Below are positions 63,765 to 64,000 of a DNA stretch of 64,000 nucleotides, piece by piece. How positions within the stretch are numbered: position 1 is the stretch's first letter; each line of letters opens with the position of its first letter. The stretch spans positions 6,429,337-6,493,336 of the forward strand of contig NC_052172.1 of NCBI RefSeq assembly GCF_902713615.1, read 5' to 3'. This DNA is from Scyliorhinus canicula (taxonomy: Eukaryota). Both the position numbers and the translations under genes were made by a program. Under the pieces are notes generated by a model that was given only the letters and a program-made list of their open reading frames with translations, ran no database searches and had not been told where the DNA came from.

Positions 63765-64000
63765 TTAAACAATAATCATTGCTATTGTCACAAGTAGTCT
63801 TAAATTAACTCTTCAATGAAGTTGCTGCGAAAATCTCCCAGTCGTCACATCCTGGCGCCTGTTCGGGTACACCGAGGGACAATTCAGAATGTCCAATTCA
63901 CCTAACAGCATGTATTTCGGGACTTGTGGGAGGAAAAGGGAGACCCGTAGGAAACCCACGCAGACACGGGGAGAACGTGCAGACTCTGCACAAACAGTGA
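63765..64000 (-). mobile_element. HE1-related SINE (runs off the window)
   Basis: Paralog of 57415-57700. Confidence 0.8.

Larger units (their letters stand above)
58577..64000. repeat. Tandem segmental duplication, copy B (intact genes)
   Basis: See copy A. Homology runs to the end of the window. Confidence 0.9.

Noticed and set aside
1-64000. NAR-TCR, IgNAR or Ig cluster interpretation, or D/J segments
   Set aside because: No 12-RSS, no FGxG J segments, no closely linked D segments and no constant exons were seen by eye.

Overview
This is vertebrate genomic DNA, and the repeat content (HE1-type SINEs and abundant CR1/HER1-type LINEs) points to an elasmobranch, possibly a catshark (inferred). 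The window is part of a germline T-cell receptor variable-segment array, most likely TCR beta (TRBV). I find nine V segments. Five are intact, each with a short leader exon, a phase-1 GT-AG intron, a V exon and a 23-bp-spacer RSS (at ~12, 22.5, 45, 59 and 61.7 kb). Four are pseudogenes (~1.5, 49.2, 51.4 and 52.5 kb), three of which the ORF track does not show as V segments. Eight segments are on the minus strand and one (22.2-22.9 kb) is inverted. I saw no D, J or C segments and no 12-RSS. The right end is a tandem duplication of a two-V cassette: the copy at 50.9-57.7 kb is inactivated and the copy at 58.6-64 kb is intact. The rest is mostly decayed CR1 LINEs, a Rex1/Babar-like LINE, SINEs, one 711-bp terminal-inverted-repeat element with a 9-bp target-site duplication, low-complexity tracts and two assembly gaps. 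V, RSS and TIR coordinates were counted by hand. Repeat boundaries are approximate (about +/-30 bp), and family names come from motif recognition, not database searches.
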